Shown here piece by piece: positions 21,844-33,989 of a stretch of DNA of 64,000 nt (position 1 is the stretch's first letter; each line of letters begins with the position of its first letter). The position numbers were made by a program, and so were the translations under genes. The notes under the pieces were generated by a model, which saw only the letters and a program-made list of their open reading frames with translations, was not told the DNA's origin and did not search any database. The stretch is from Tubiluchus corallicola (lineage: Eukaryota; Animalia; Priapulida): assembly GCA_030141605.1 (NCBI GenBank), contig JAQGDQ010000293.1, forward strand, positions 1-64,000, read 5' to 3'.

Positions 21844-24800
21844 GTAAGTCAGTCATGAAGTTTCTTAACAATCTGATCTTTTTTCAATCAGTTTATGGTT
21901 GCTATGAATTGTGTGCAGCAAGCTAGAACATAAATCTGTAACCTGGCCCAACGAATGCGGCCAGTTTCTTGTCTAGTCCAAAGTTCACTTTCAAGCTCAG
22001 TGCATTCTGCTTAAGACAGCCGCATAAACAAAACTACTGTCCTACACAATTATCAAATTTCAGCCCGGATAAAAGTTAAGAGTTTTCGCCAGAAAAATAG
22101 CAAGTAATAATATTTTTTAAATGCCAGAATATCCCTTTGCCTTTTCTACGTAAATTCTTTGGCAAATTTCATAATGTTATAAGCTCGAACGATTTCATGT
22201 TGTGCGTGTGAAATTGGTGGCATTTCCCTCTATAGATGCCAATGTAATTGGAGCAAGTTGGAACTGTGCGTATAGAAAAATATTTGACTTTAAACAAAAG
22301 GAAAGTGTAAAACTACTTATGTATTATTGTGGAACCGTGCCAGCAAATTTTTTGGTTGACAATCGCAAATTGGGATTTTTCCGAAGAATGCAATCCGAAT
22401 CACTTGTTATACCAAAAATGTTGTATTTTATGAATGACTCAGGTGTTGATTTAAGGATAAGGTACGGTTGTATTCTTTGCTTTAATTTTAATGTGAAAAG
22501 AAAAGTTAAAAAAACATTTTATGAATGTGTAAACAACTGCACGAAACATGGTGGCGGTATGTATAATTATGGATTTCATCATCTTTTGTTTTTATAATTA
22601 CTAACAAAAATCATTTCTTATTGCATTAATTATTTTTACTAAAATTACATTGCTGTATAAAATTTTTATACGAATAAAAGATCAACAATAATGATAATAA
22701 TAAAGCAAGCAGACTAGGAGATGAACAGTCGAACAGGCATCAGTTTTAAACATGGAATATTTACATGCATTTTTTGAAAAACGCAGAACATTTCGACGTC
22801 TTCTGTGGTCTTTGTCAGTTCAAAGTAATCTTTAATACATTCCTATTTACAAAAAGTACATACGTGACTGAAACGTTTTATGTTTTCAGTAAAATAACAT
22901 TAAATTTCTAATGATACTAAAGTTAGTTAATAGATTACATGCATTTTCTTCTCCCTTTTTGTGCTCCAGTAGATTTCCAAAAGACTGGGACCTCTTGTGT
23001 TGTTAGCGCACTCTATTTTGTACCACATTGTGGCCTCTTGTTCTGAAAAATACATTTCAGAGGAGAAGAGTGGTGTCAAATACGTTCATGCCGTTTATTT
23101 ATTTTTTCTGTGATGCTCTGGCACGAATCCTGAGGTCCAAGTCATTCTTAGTCTTAGCCATTTGACGTGACTTTGAATATATGTGCATGGTGTATACTCA
23201 TTGCTAGTTTTTCTTGCAGGACAAGTCTGTGGTGGCCCTAACAGAGGCAGCTGTCACAGGATCAGACCAACTGCGGAAGAGAATCCTGAAGAACCAAAGT
23301 TTGAAGACAGATACTCCTGGCCAACAAACTTTGTTACCCATCAGTGCTATTGCAACAAGAATTATTATGGGTCTGTCATGATCTTTAATTTAATAGCTTC
23401 ATTTTGCTTTGGAGATCTATATAGTATAAAATTACAAATGGCTTCATAATTCTGGTTCCACAACAGATGAAGACTTGAATAGCTGGACATACATCTTTGA
23501 GGTCAAGGAATTTGTCTAGGTCAAGGAGGACGCTTAGATGCGGTTATCGTTTGGGTTGCTTAACGTCGGAGTTTCTTTATCTTCGCGCAGTTCCCAAATG
23601 CCCAGGTTAACAAATAGCCCAGTTAAAATCTTTATGCAGCTTCCAAATTTTCTGTTTGCCAATTCGCTTCAGACAAGGTCACACTTGAGGAAAATGAAAC
23701 TAAAAATACAAGTCAAGAAAACGAGAATTTTTGTAACAAACTCGGTACTGACACGAGGTTCTGTTAACATTCTTCATTAAGCCAGCGAGGATGAAATTTA
23801 CAGGAATTTATTTTCTGACTAAGAATTCCACGAAACTTCAGTGGAATCTGCCAACTGGGTTAGTTAAGGTAACAAACTGAGGCACCCCATCAGATGTGGC
23901 TGCAGTATTTCGTGTAAGGTTGGATAGTTTTCTGTGAGGTATAACAACGACTATTATAAATTAAGATTTGAGCACTATACAAAAATCTTGCAAGCATCCT
24001 GCTTGGTTTGATGTGTATGCATTTACAAAACATCTATCAATCCTTAGTAAGTTCGGTTAGTAAGTGCCTTAGTTACTAAGTGCTCTGGGTACAAAATTTT
24101 GAGTCTTCGTCAAGTTACCAAGTAGCTAGGTCACCAGTGTCGATGTTACTGATTAACCACTTTTTGTCAGTGAACACACAAAAAAAATTCTTTCGTCGAT
24201 GATTATATGTGTTGTGGAGATCTAGAATATTTTATAGTATAGAAGAACCAATCTTCTTACCTTGTAGAAGCAGTCGAAGTTTCGAGAACTTTCTATACGC
24301 GATGCGCGTAGTAGTTTCTAGATTGTTCTGGTGTTGTCCATTTGCACTGATATATATATATATATAAGGCGGAGCTGGCCGCTTAAGTTTATTCTCATAT
24401 TCTCAGATTTTCAGATTATCGTATGCTATTTTCTTGTCACTTGACTGTTCACATTTCGCGTTCCTTCATACTTGTGTGTTGTAGAATTCTCACACAATAA
24501 ACCTGTTTAACTTGACAACGTGTTTTCTTGTTTTCTCTACGAGCCTTCCAAGAGAAAGAAACACAACAATATGATTATATGGTAACCTGTGGATGCAATG
24601 CAATAAATAGGTGAAAGTAAATCATCATATTTGGCTCTGTATTATCATTTTGAAAATTGATCCTAAACAGTCTAAAGAAGTAAAAATATATATAGTATCT
24701 CGCTCAGATCAAAATCAGCTCGTCTTTCTTCCGGCTAAAGTTCTTCTGTTTTGGTTATAATACAAGAAAAGCAACAGCAGCAGCAGCACTAATCAAAGAC

Positions 24801-27800
24801 GCTTCACAAAAATATCTAAATCAATTATGACAGAATTAAAAACTTCACAAGATTAAACGGTAAGCCTATAAAATTTCATTACGGTAACTAAATACATGAA
24901 TACACAGAGAATCATCAAAATACAAGTATAACACGACAAACAATTTGATCACTTTAGAAGTTATATGTTATTTTAATTAAATAAGTATATATTTTAAAAG
25001 CACTATAAAGAAACCTACAAGTGGCTTCACGACCCCCCAGTAAATTTACCATATTCTACTCTTTTGATAGGTACGACTGCTCACAATGCAAGTTTGGATA
25101 CACAGGAAGAAACTGTGACAAATCAGTCACTTTAAAACGTCGAAATATTCACTCAATGAATGATGCTGATATACAAGAACTCAAAGACGCTATGGTAAAA
25201 GCCAAACATACGCTTAGTGATTATGCTACTCTAAGCACATCGTATAGGTAATTTGAACCAATTTTTCAGGTAAAGCGTGATTATTATTATATAGGTGCTG
25301 AAGTTGTTGCAATTGTCCAAATGTTCATCTGTTAATTTGTGATCGTTGGTTGATTTGTCATTTGGCTGAATTTTTTGTTTGATTGTGCACTTGTTAGTTT
25401 GTTTGTTTGTTAGCTAGCTTGCTGGTAGAAAGAGGGTAGGTGAGCGGGCAGGCAGGCAGGTAAGCGGAGAAGTAAGTAGAGAGGTAAGCAGGTAGGTAGG
25501 AATAGGTATATATATATATAGGTAGGTAGGTGGGCAGATAAGTTATCACGTAGGCAGGTAGGCAGGTAGGTAGGTAGGTAGGTAGGTAGGTAGTTAGGTA
25601 GGTAGGTAGGTAGGTAGGTAGGTAGGTAGGTAGGTAGGTAGGTAGGTAGGTAGGTAGGTAGGTAGGAAGGTAGTTAGGTAGGTAGGCAGGTTAGATAGGT
25701 AGGCAGGTAGGCAGACAGGTAAGCAGACAGGTAAGTGGAAACTAGGCAAGTAAGTAGGACGGACAGGCAGACAGGTAGGCAGACAGGTAAGTGAAAAGGT
25801 AGGCATGTAGGTAGGAATAGGTGTAGGTATATGTAAGTAGGTAGATTGGTAGACAGGTGGGCAGGTAGATAGTTAGTCTCCGTATAAACCACATAAACCA
25901 CAATTCCCCTCTACAAATTGTTGATAATTGTCCAATAATTTGTCTTCAAGGCTTGATATCACACGTACTCGCCAAAAACTACAATCTCTGTCAAAAACTA
26001 ATCGAGTCTACCCGATCTAATCCGACCCAATCTATGGAATATTAGTATATTCCAATCTAATCCAATCCATTTTTTGTTTATTTTGTTTATTTGACAAAAA
26101 CACAATTCAGTCTAATGTAATTATGTTGCCAGCTGCTTCTATTTGATTTTTTTTATTACGTAGCAAAAAATTAGCGTTGTGCATGGTGAGCATGTGTCAG
26201 TTTTCTGTTTTCTGTTCAGAGACCCAGGCCACCCAACATTCAAACAGACGACATACTTTGACTATTTTGTTTATCTGCACTACTACGCGGCAAGGGATCC
26301 CGTAGACTACAAGGGTAAGAGAGGCATTGATCTCACAGAAGGATACCATCCATTGGACTATGCTCACTTTGGACCAGGATTTCCCTCATGGCATAGGTAT
26401 GTATCACGACACAGGTTTTTTATCAAAAAGAAAAATTATTGAATAGTTGATTAACTATTGACGTCTATTATTTTTTCGACGGTGCAGCCAAAGTAACATG
26501 TGAGGAAAAGATGTCATAATTCTGTTAAACATGAGCACAGGTAGAATGGAAGAAACTTCTGAAAAGGTGCTTCTATAAAGTGCTAATGGCACTGAAAAGG
26601 TGCTTCTATAAAGTACTAATGGCACTGAAAAGGTGCTTCTATAAAGTACTAATGGCACTGAAAGGGTGCTTCTATAAAGTACTAATGTCACTGAAAAGGT
26701 GTTTCTATAAAGTACTAATGGCACTAAAAAGGTGCTTCTATAAAGTGGGCAACATAACCATTCCTATCAATTTGACTGTGCTGAATCCGAAAATGGTGTT
26801 GCTAGCTTGAAAAATTATTAGAAAAGTGTCAAGAACTCAGAGACAAAATGGCCGCCAAAATTTGCACAAACCGTATAAAAAATCCCAAAAATTTTATATT
26901 CAGACTCGATTACGACATGTAATCCAGGGTAGTTGGACCTGAGTAGTCCATTTGTGTTGTATTCATTTCAAAAAATGGCTTATGTTTTCGAAATTGCTGC
27001 CACAAAGAACGAAATTATGCCGATCATGTAATCTTTACCTAGAACTATATTCCCCTAGAAATACTATTATATATATAGTAGAACTTTCTCTAGAACTTTA
27101 TTATAAAAGTAAAAAAACTGCTGAACCTAAAAAGTTGCTGCTGAACTCCAAAAAGACGCAAAATGACTTAAACTGTCCAGTAAGCAAGAAACGAAATGGC
27201 AGCCGAGTTTTCGACATAATAGTTGTAACGTTACGTTTTACATTCTGGACATTGTATGTTACCTCAACGACATCCTATAATATTGCCATTCCATCTACCC
27301 TACGTCATTTCCGTGACATCCTGCGTTGTTCCATTGACATTGTCCGCATTGTCGCATCCTTCATTGTAGGATGCTACGAGAATAACATAAGCTAGTTATC
27401 CATGCGAAATGATAGCATAACTTTTATTGTTAACATAACATAACATTCCCAATCATTGAAGCACACAAAGACTATTTTACTCTGCTTTTTATATTTAAAT
27501 ACATTAACAACATCAGCAAGCCATTCCAGAATAACAGATTTACCTTTTTTCCAAATCCTATCGTTAATTCCAGAACAAGCAAGCTAAAACAAATTAGGAC
27601 AAATACCCACTATGGAACGAACTCTGCAATCAAGCAAGCAATTCTACTTTGGAATTCTCTACCAATACAGGTTAAACAAATCAAGTCCCTATCAGCATTT
27701 AAAACAAAATTAAAATCACTAATATTAACCAGATATGAAATACCATCACACCAGTACGACAACATACACACTAATTCAGAATTCATATATCCACGGCCAT

Positions 27801-28839
27801 ATTAATTAAATCATAGTTTTTCATTTTTTGTGCATAGTTGTAAATATGTTTGATTTTATTCGTCGTTACTTTCCATTACTGCACAGTAGTTTAGATTGCA
27901 CTGACGCATTTGCCTTTAGCAGTGTAAGTTTTTATTAACTAACACTGATTGATCATCTCTGTAAAGCTTTTATCAGCGATTATCAATGTATTTTAATGGT
28001 AAATAAAGATTATTACGTACATACATTTAACATGTTTACTTCGAATGTACTCACATCTTTTGCTCTTCAGATTTTAACTGCAGTTACATTTTATCGTAGG
28101 TTGTTCCTGCTTAAAATGGAGCGGGTTTTGCAGAAATTATCTGGCAACCCTAAATTGACGATCCCATATTGGGACTGGGTAGGGGATAAAGCCGTGTGTT
28201 CTGTGTGCACCAACAGGTTAGAGTAACGTAAAGTTTTCGCATAAGCGATTAGCGTTTAATTTTGCTCTTTCTTTTTCGACTAATTAATACTGTTACAGTT
28301 GTTCCTGCCACTTTTATGACCGTTATTCATCGTCACTGTTATCTTTTGAATTTTTTATGCTTAGAAAAGTAAACAGTCACTTTCGGCTGTTGTTTAACTT
28401 TATTTGTAAAATTTGAAAAACTTTCTTTTGTTGTTTTGTTTTTCGGTTTACTCATGTTTCTGAGTACGTTGCTTTATTTTCATTTTTTGATGATCACGCT
28501 TAAGGAAACTTTTTCCTGTTACTTGGGGCCTCTGCTTAAACTTGTTTTTTCAGAGTAACCTGTATTTGTGTGACAACACTATTTTTGATTTTCTTTATTT
28601 AAAGTATATTTTGTACACCGGAAAGTACAATGTTTTAAAAATTAAGACATTAGCTGTACAGACAAACTAACAAAATTATGGCAATATTTAAATGATATAT
28701 AAAAAATCCCAGAAATTTGATATTAAGAAGTGATTACGACATGTATTCCAGGGTAGTTGGACCTGAGTAGTCCATTTCCGTTTTATTCATTTCCAAAAAT
28801 GGCTTATGTTTTCGAAATTATATATACTATTATATACAT

Positions 28840-28923
<84 letters not shown>

Positions 28924-31900
28924 AGCATTTACTGTACAAAATTTAACTTTCTTAGTTACGTTTCTGTAACAGAGGTTCTTTCTGTAAATATGAATGTTTT
29001 GTAAAGTTAAGGTTAAACAATAGTGTCAACGTTTTGGCTACACTTGCAGGTATTTTGGTGAAAATAATGAGCATGGCTTTCTTAGCAAACAATCAGAGTT
29101 TGCTGATTTCGAGTTAATTTGCACTGACTACCAAAAGACTATACGCAAAACTGGGGAAATTTGTAACGTTGAAAAGAAAACAGGTAAAAGGAGTTTAAAG
29201 ATTTAATGCACATTAAGTTTTGTTTTATTGTAAGTCCTGTGGAGCAATTAGGGCCTACCATTTCTTCTTAAAATTCTGCTTCATTGAACTTTGAGGTACA
29301 CTGTTGTTCCTTTCACTACTCCATGATAGCTAAAGCTGTCTTTCCTTTGTTTGTCCAGTTAATTGTTTCTTTGTTTATTTAAAGGAAAGACAAGCCTTTT
29401 GGGAAGTTCTTACTTCAATATTCAGGAAAAATGTTAGAAGGATTTAGCAGTAAAACTATGATGAGCGCATTCCGTGATTAGTAAAATCATTTTAAATTTG
29501 CGATCATTTTACGCAAGGCTGCTACCATTTTGAATGCTCATTTTTCTGTCAATGACGTCGTTCATTGGCTGAAGAAAAGCCGCGAACTGTCTATTCCTGT
29601 CAAAAGTTTTTTTAAAAAAATTGGATAGCTAATACTGTGATGTTTTTGCATGGACATTAGACAAGCCGCAAAAGTGTGAAATAGTTTAAATAGTGCGCGG
29701 TTACGGAAAGACACGATGCGCTTACGAAAGGTCGCGAAATCACGTCATAATTTTCAAGTGAATGACGGCTACCACTGCGCCTATACGGGGTAGTAAAAAT
29801 CAGTTTATTGCTTTATGGACAGTTTTTATGCAAATTTATTGTTAGATTTTTCTAAGTTTAAGTGATAACAATAAATAAAACCAACTTGCTAGGTCACCTG
29901 TCCTTCCCTTTAAAGCCTAGTGCACGCGGACGTTAGAAGGCAAGAAAGAATAAACAATTTTAAATCGAATTGTATTGCAGCCGACGAAAGGTGAAATAGA
30001 ATTTGAAGTGTATCACGTGATTTGTTTTCGAGTGCTGGTTGGTTGTCGCGCGCCGCACTTATTTCGCGTTCTGCACACCAGCACTTCTTTTTCATTCGCG
30101 AATTCGCTTGTTTTTCTCTAGCGCACACGGGCGTTAAATTACCTGCTTTGTTTTGTTTCATGTTTTCCTGTCCATATATGTTAGGCTTTAGGCTACACTT
30201 GATTGACAATAGCAATTTTATAGGGTTGCTAAAAAGGCGATCACGAGTTTCTCCGCTGGCTCCGGAGCTGCCAACACTAGAGGACGCTCTTGTTTGCATG
30301 GATCTACCTGTCTACGACAATCCGCCTTACAACGCAAGCTCTCGCCTTCCCGGATTCCGGAATTGTCTAGATGGTTTTGTTAATAAAGATAATAAGCTGT
30401 TTTTTGAAGACGGCGTGCCTATGACAATGCATGGACAAGTGAATATTAGAAGATCAGTTTATAAAAAGAAGCTTCATTAAGTCAATTTTTATTACAGGCA
30501 CTTAAAAACACATATAGTTAATAACAACACAACTTTATTAAAACTTTTACTTTTCAAAGTTAAAAAGTTAGAATCATGCCAAACGTTTCGACAGACTACT
30601 GCTGTCATCATCAGTGGTAAATTTACAATCATACGACCAGTTTATATAGGCAGAATCTATTATGCACTAATTAAGTAGTTAACAGAAGCCAAAGCAGTTC
30701 AATTCCTTTAAATTTATTATCAAACACTTAGCTATTTGTTACAGTATCAGTTTCTTTTCTTCCTGTCTGCTTAATCATTACCTATTTGGCTTTTGTAAAT
30801 ATATAATTAGTGCTTAAGTTACTGTATCAATTTCTTTACTGGTCTGCTTATTCATTATATACCTATTTGGCTTCTGTTAACTGCCTAATTGGTGCATTGC
30901 AGGCTCTGCCAATATAAACTGATTCTATGTTTGTATATTTATCACTGATAATGACAGCAGTAGCCTTTCGAAACGTTTGGCATGATTTAAACTTACTTTG
31001 TAAAAATAAATGTTTTAATAAATATGCGTTGTTTTTAACTATAAACTTTATCAAATTTAACAAAAAATTCACATCGTGAAGGCAAAAAATGAACTTTGTC
31101 AGTTATTTAAAAAAATCGTGAATTGTGATTATGATGCGCTTTATGGTTGGTGTAATCGTAAAACTAAGATCGTGTGTAAGTTTGACATTTCACGATAGGG
31201 AAAGACTGCAAGATTAGTAAGAACAAGGGAGGACCTTGTAATAGGGAACAGTAAAGCATTAAAGGAAAACAGGATGGTTTTTTTTAAATCATGCCCTATA
31301 TTGCAGCACGGCAAAAAGTATATATTTTAACAAATATAAGCGTCTGTGACAAATAAATAATAAGTTAAAATGGCAGGGCACAACTACTGTTGGCATCACA
31401 ACTGAACATAATTTTCAGCAGCACAAACATTTTTTTTGACGGTGTTCAACGTGTATGTAAAAACTAAAATTGAAGTACAGTGCTACTGTACAACATTCAG
31501 CGTGATGTACAAAAACACGGCAAATTTCAAGTTTTCCGTTTACTGTTGTGCTTACGCATGTGCTCTGGAACGTGTGCATTATATCACACCTGAGCAATTC
31601 TGAGCTGAGAACTACAGCACTTGTTTTTTGTGCAGCGCGTTTTCGAGATGCAGGCGCTGGCGCCCATCTAACTAATGAATGGCGAAATGTACTTGCAAAA
31701 GAACACGAAATAAACTAACCGCGCAAATGAGAAATTGCGTTTCTGTGGTAATAATTCTTTCACTTAAGTCGTTCTTGATAAAATAGCATCTTCGTTATAA
31801 TATTTTATGGGATAGATTGTTTTGAGTTATATTTTAAGATGTAAGCATCGTCAACAGAAACATAGAAAGCGATTAATTTGGACTGTGAGAACATAGAAAA

Positions 31901-33293
31901 TAAGGACAAAAAGAAAACTGAGCATAGCCAGGTCTTTCAATGATCATTTTTAATCACTACCAATGGTTTAACAATTACACTCTATGTGCAAGTTGATTCT
32001 ACTTATTGCCTCTGTGCTTAGTACGTCTTATGAGCGCGGCCATAGTCTGCTGTTATTGTTCCTATGGAAATTCGTTAAACCGGGAGTTAAACCTTTTTAA
32101 CACATTCTATTAGCATCTGAACTTCCGCAGTATCTTAGATAAACAAATTATGGAATATTTTAGAACTTGTGGCCTTTTAGAGCTTAACTGGGGTGGGGGA
32201 AAGGTGGAAATTGGACTTTTAGTAAGCAATGTTTGAGGTATGACTTGTGATATGCCTTCCAAATTTTGTGATGAGACAAATTTAACCGCTCACGTTTTAT
32301 GTAGTTCTGGTTGATAATAACAGTAACACACTCTAGTGGCGCGTTCAGGCGTGGAGACTTCTTTCACAACTTGTTGCGCAACTTTTCTCTGAGAGAAGTT
32401 GCCAAGCCGTTCACACGTTGCAACAAGTTGCGAGAAGTTGTCAAGCCGTTCACACGTTGCAATAAGTTGCGAGAGAAGTTGCCAAGCCGTTCACACGTTG
32501 CAACAAGTTGCGAGAGAAGTTACCAAGCCGTTCACACGTTGCAACAAGTTGCGAGAGAAGTTGCCAAGCCGTTCGCACGTTGCAACAAGTTGCGAGAAGT
32601 TGCCAAGCCGTTCGCACGTTGCAACAAGTTGCGAGAGAAGTTGCCAAGCCGTTCACGTTGTAAATTTACTACCAGAAAGAAAAGTTGCGCAATAACTGAG
32701 TTGCGAGAGAAGTCTCTACGTCTGGACGCGCCATAACAACTCTCCTATCTCTGCGCTCGTTAAAAGGGACTTTTCACGTGTTAGGCTCTATTCGGTTCTA
32801 TACGTACATTGTGCACAACAAACGGGATGCAGCATAAAGATGCATTGAGCATAAATGACGAGTAAGTAGAAAGAAAGTGAAGGACTATCCCGTTAAGTTT
32901 ATTCGACATTGTCATATTTGTAGAAAGCAACAAAACAGCAAAAATACAGCATCTGACATAATGAATGACTGACTTAGAACATACATGAATTGTCAAATAA
33001 AAGCAAAGATGTATTTCTACAGGTTCATGCCTACTTCACTGACGCTATGGAAGATTTGGCAGAATCAGCAAATGATCCAATTTTTTACTCGCATCACAGT
33101 AACGTCGATCGGCTCTTCGAAGCCTGGCTGAGAGCACACGACTCCAAATCTTCACAGGTATAACTCATTATAGGAAAAAACAGTGAAATAGTATGTTGGA
33201 TTTATTTTACTGTCATTGCTCAATAAGTATGGAAATACTTATTACGGCTTTGAAATAAGTATTGAGATACATAAGGTCTTATCCCTGGACTAC

Positions 33294-33383
<90 letters not shown>

Positions 33384-33934
33384 TTAATTTAGAACGATTT
33401 TTGTAGAAGATCAGTATTCTATTTGATTGTTTTGTTCGTTTTGTGGCAGTTTTATTGAGATTGTTTTGCCATGATACCTGTTCCCATAGGCGGTTTATTT
33501 GCACTTCTGGGACAGAAGGACTATTTCCTATTAGATGGTTTCACGTAACTTATTGTCGAGCGACACTTGATCAAGCATCGTTATGCCAGCGGAAACATAA
33601 CTTCTTAATATATATAACTAACATCCATAGTCTTTGGTCAATCCAAAGTCTGCTCTGAGTGGAATTTACTGTTTAGAATCTTATTTTAGTATTTGGTATA
33701 GAGATGTAGGGACCTAATCCTACACACATTAAAGGTAACTAAAACACCACTGTTCATATAGGGTTAGCTGAGTCTAGCCAAATGATTGAACACATCAACA
33801 TCATTATAATCATTACTGTCAACGTCATTATCATCCTCATCATCACTATCACCACCACCGCCACCAACACACCACCACCACCAACCTCGTCACCACCATC
33901 ATCATCATTACCATAATCATCATCATCGTCGTCG

Positions 33935-33989
<55 letters not shown>

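Noticed and set aside
25432-25872. Zelda/TAGteam (CAGGTAG) site cluster or multiple splice donors
   Set aside because: Explained by an (AGGT)n microsatellite
26559-26745. 33-bp repeats (also the 40-, 63- and 88-bp arrays) as a CRISPR array
   Set aside because: Units are contiguous with no unique spacers, there are no cas genes, and the context is eukaryotic introns
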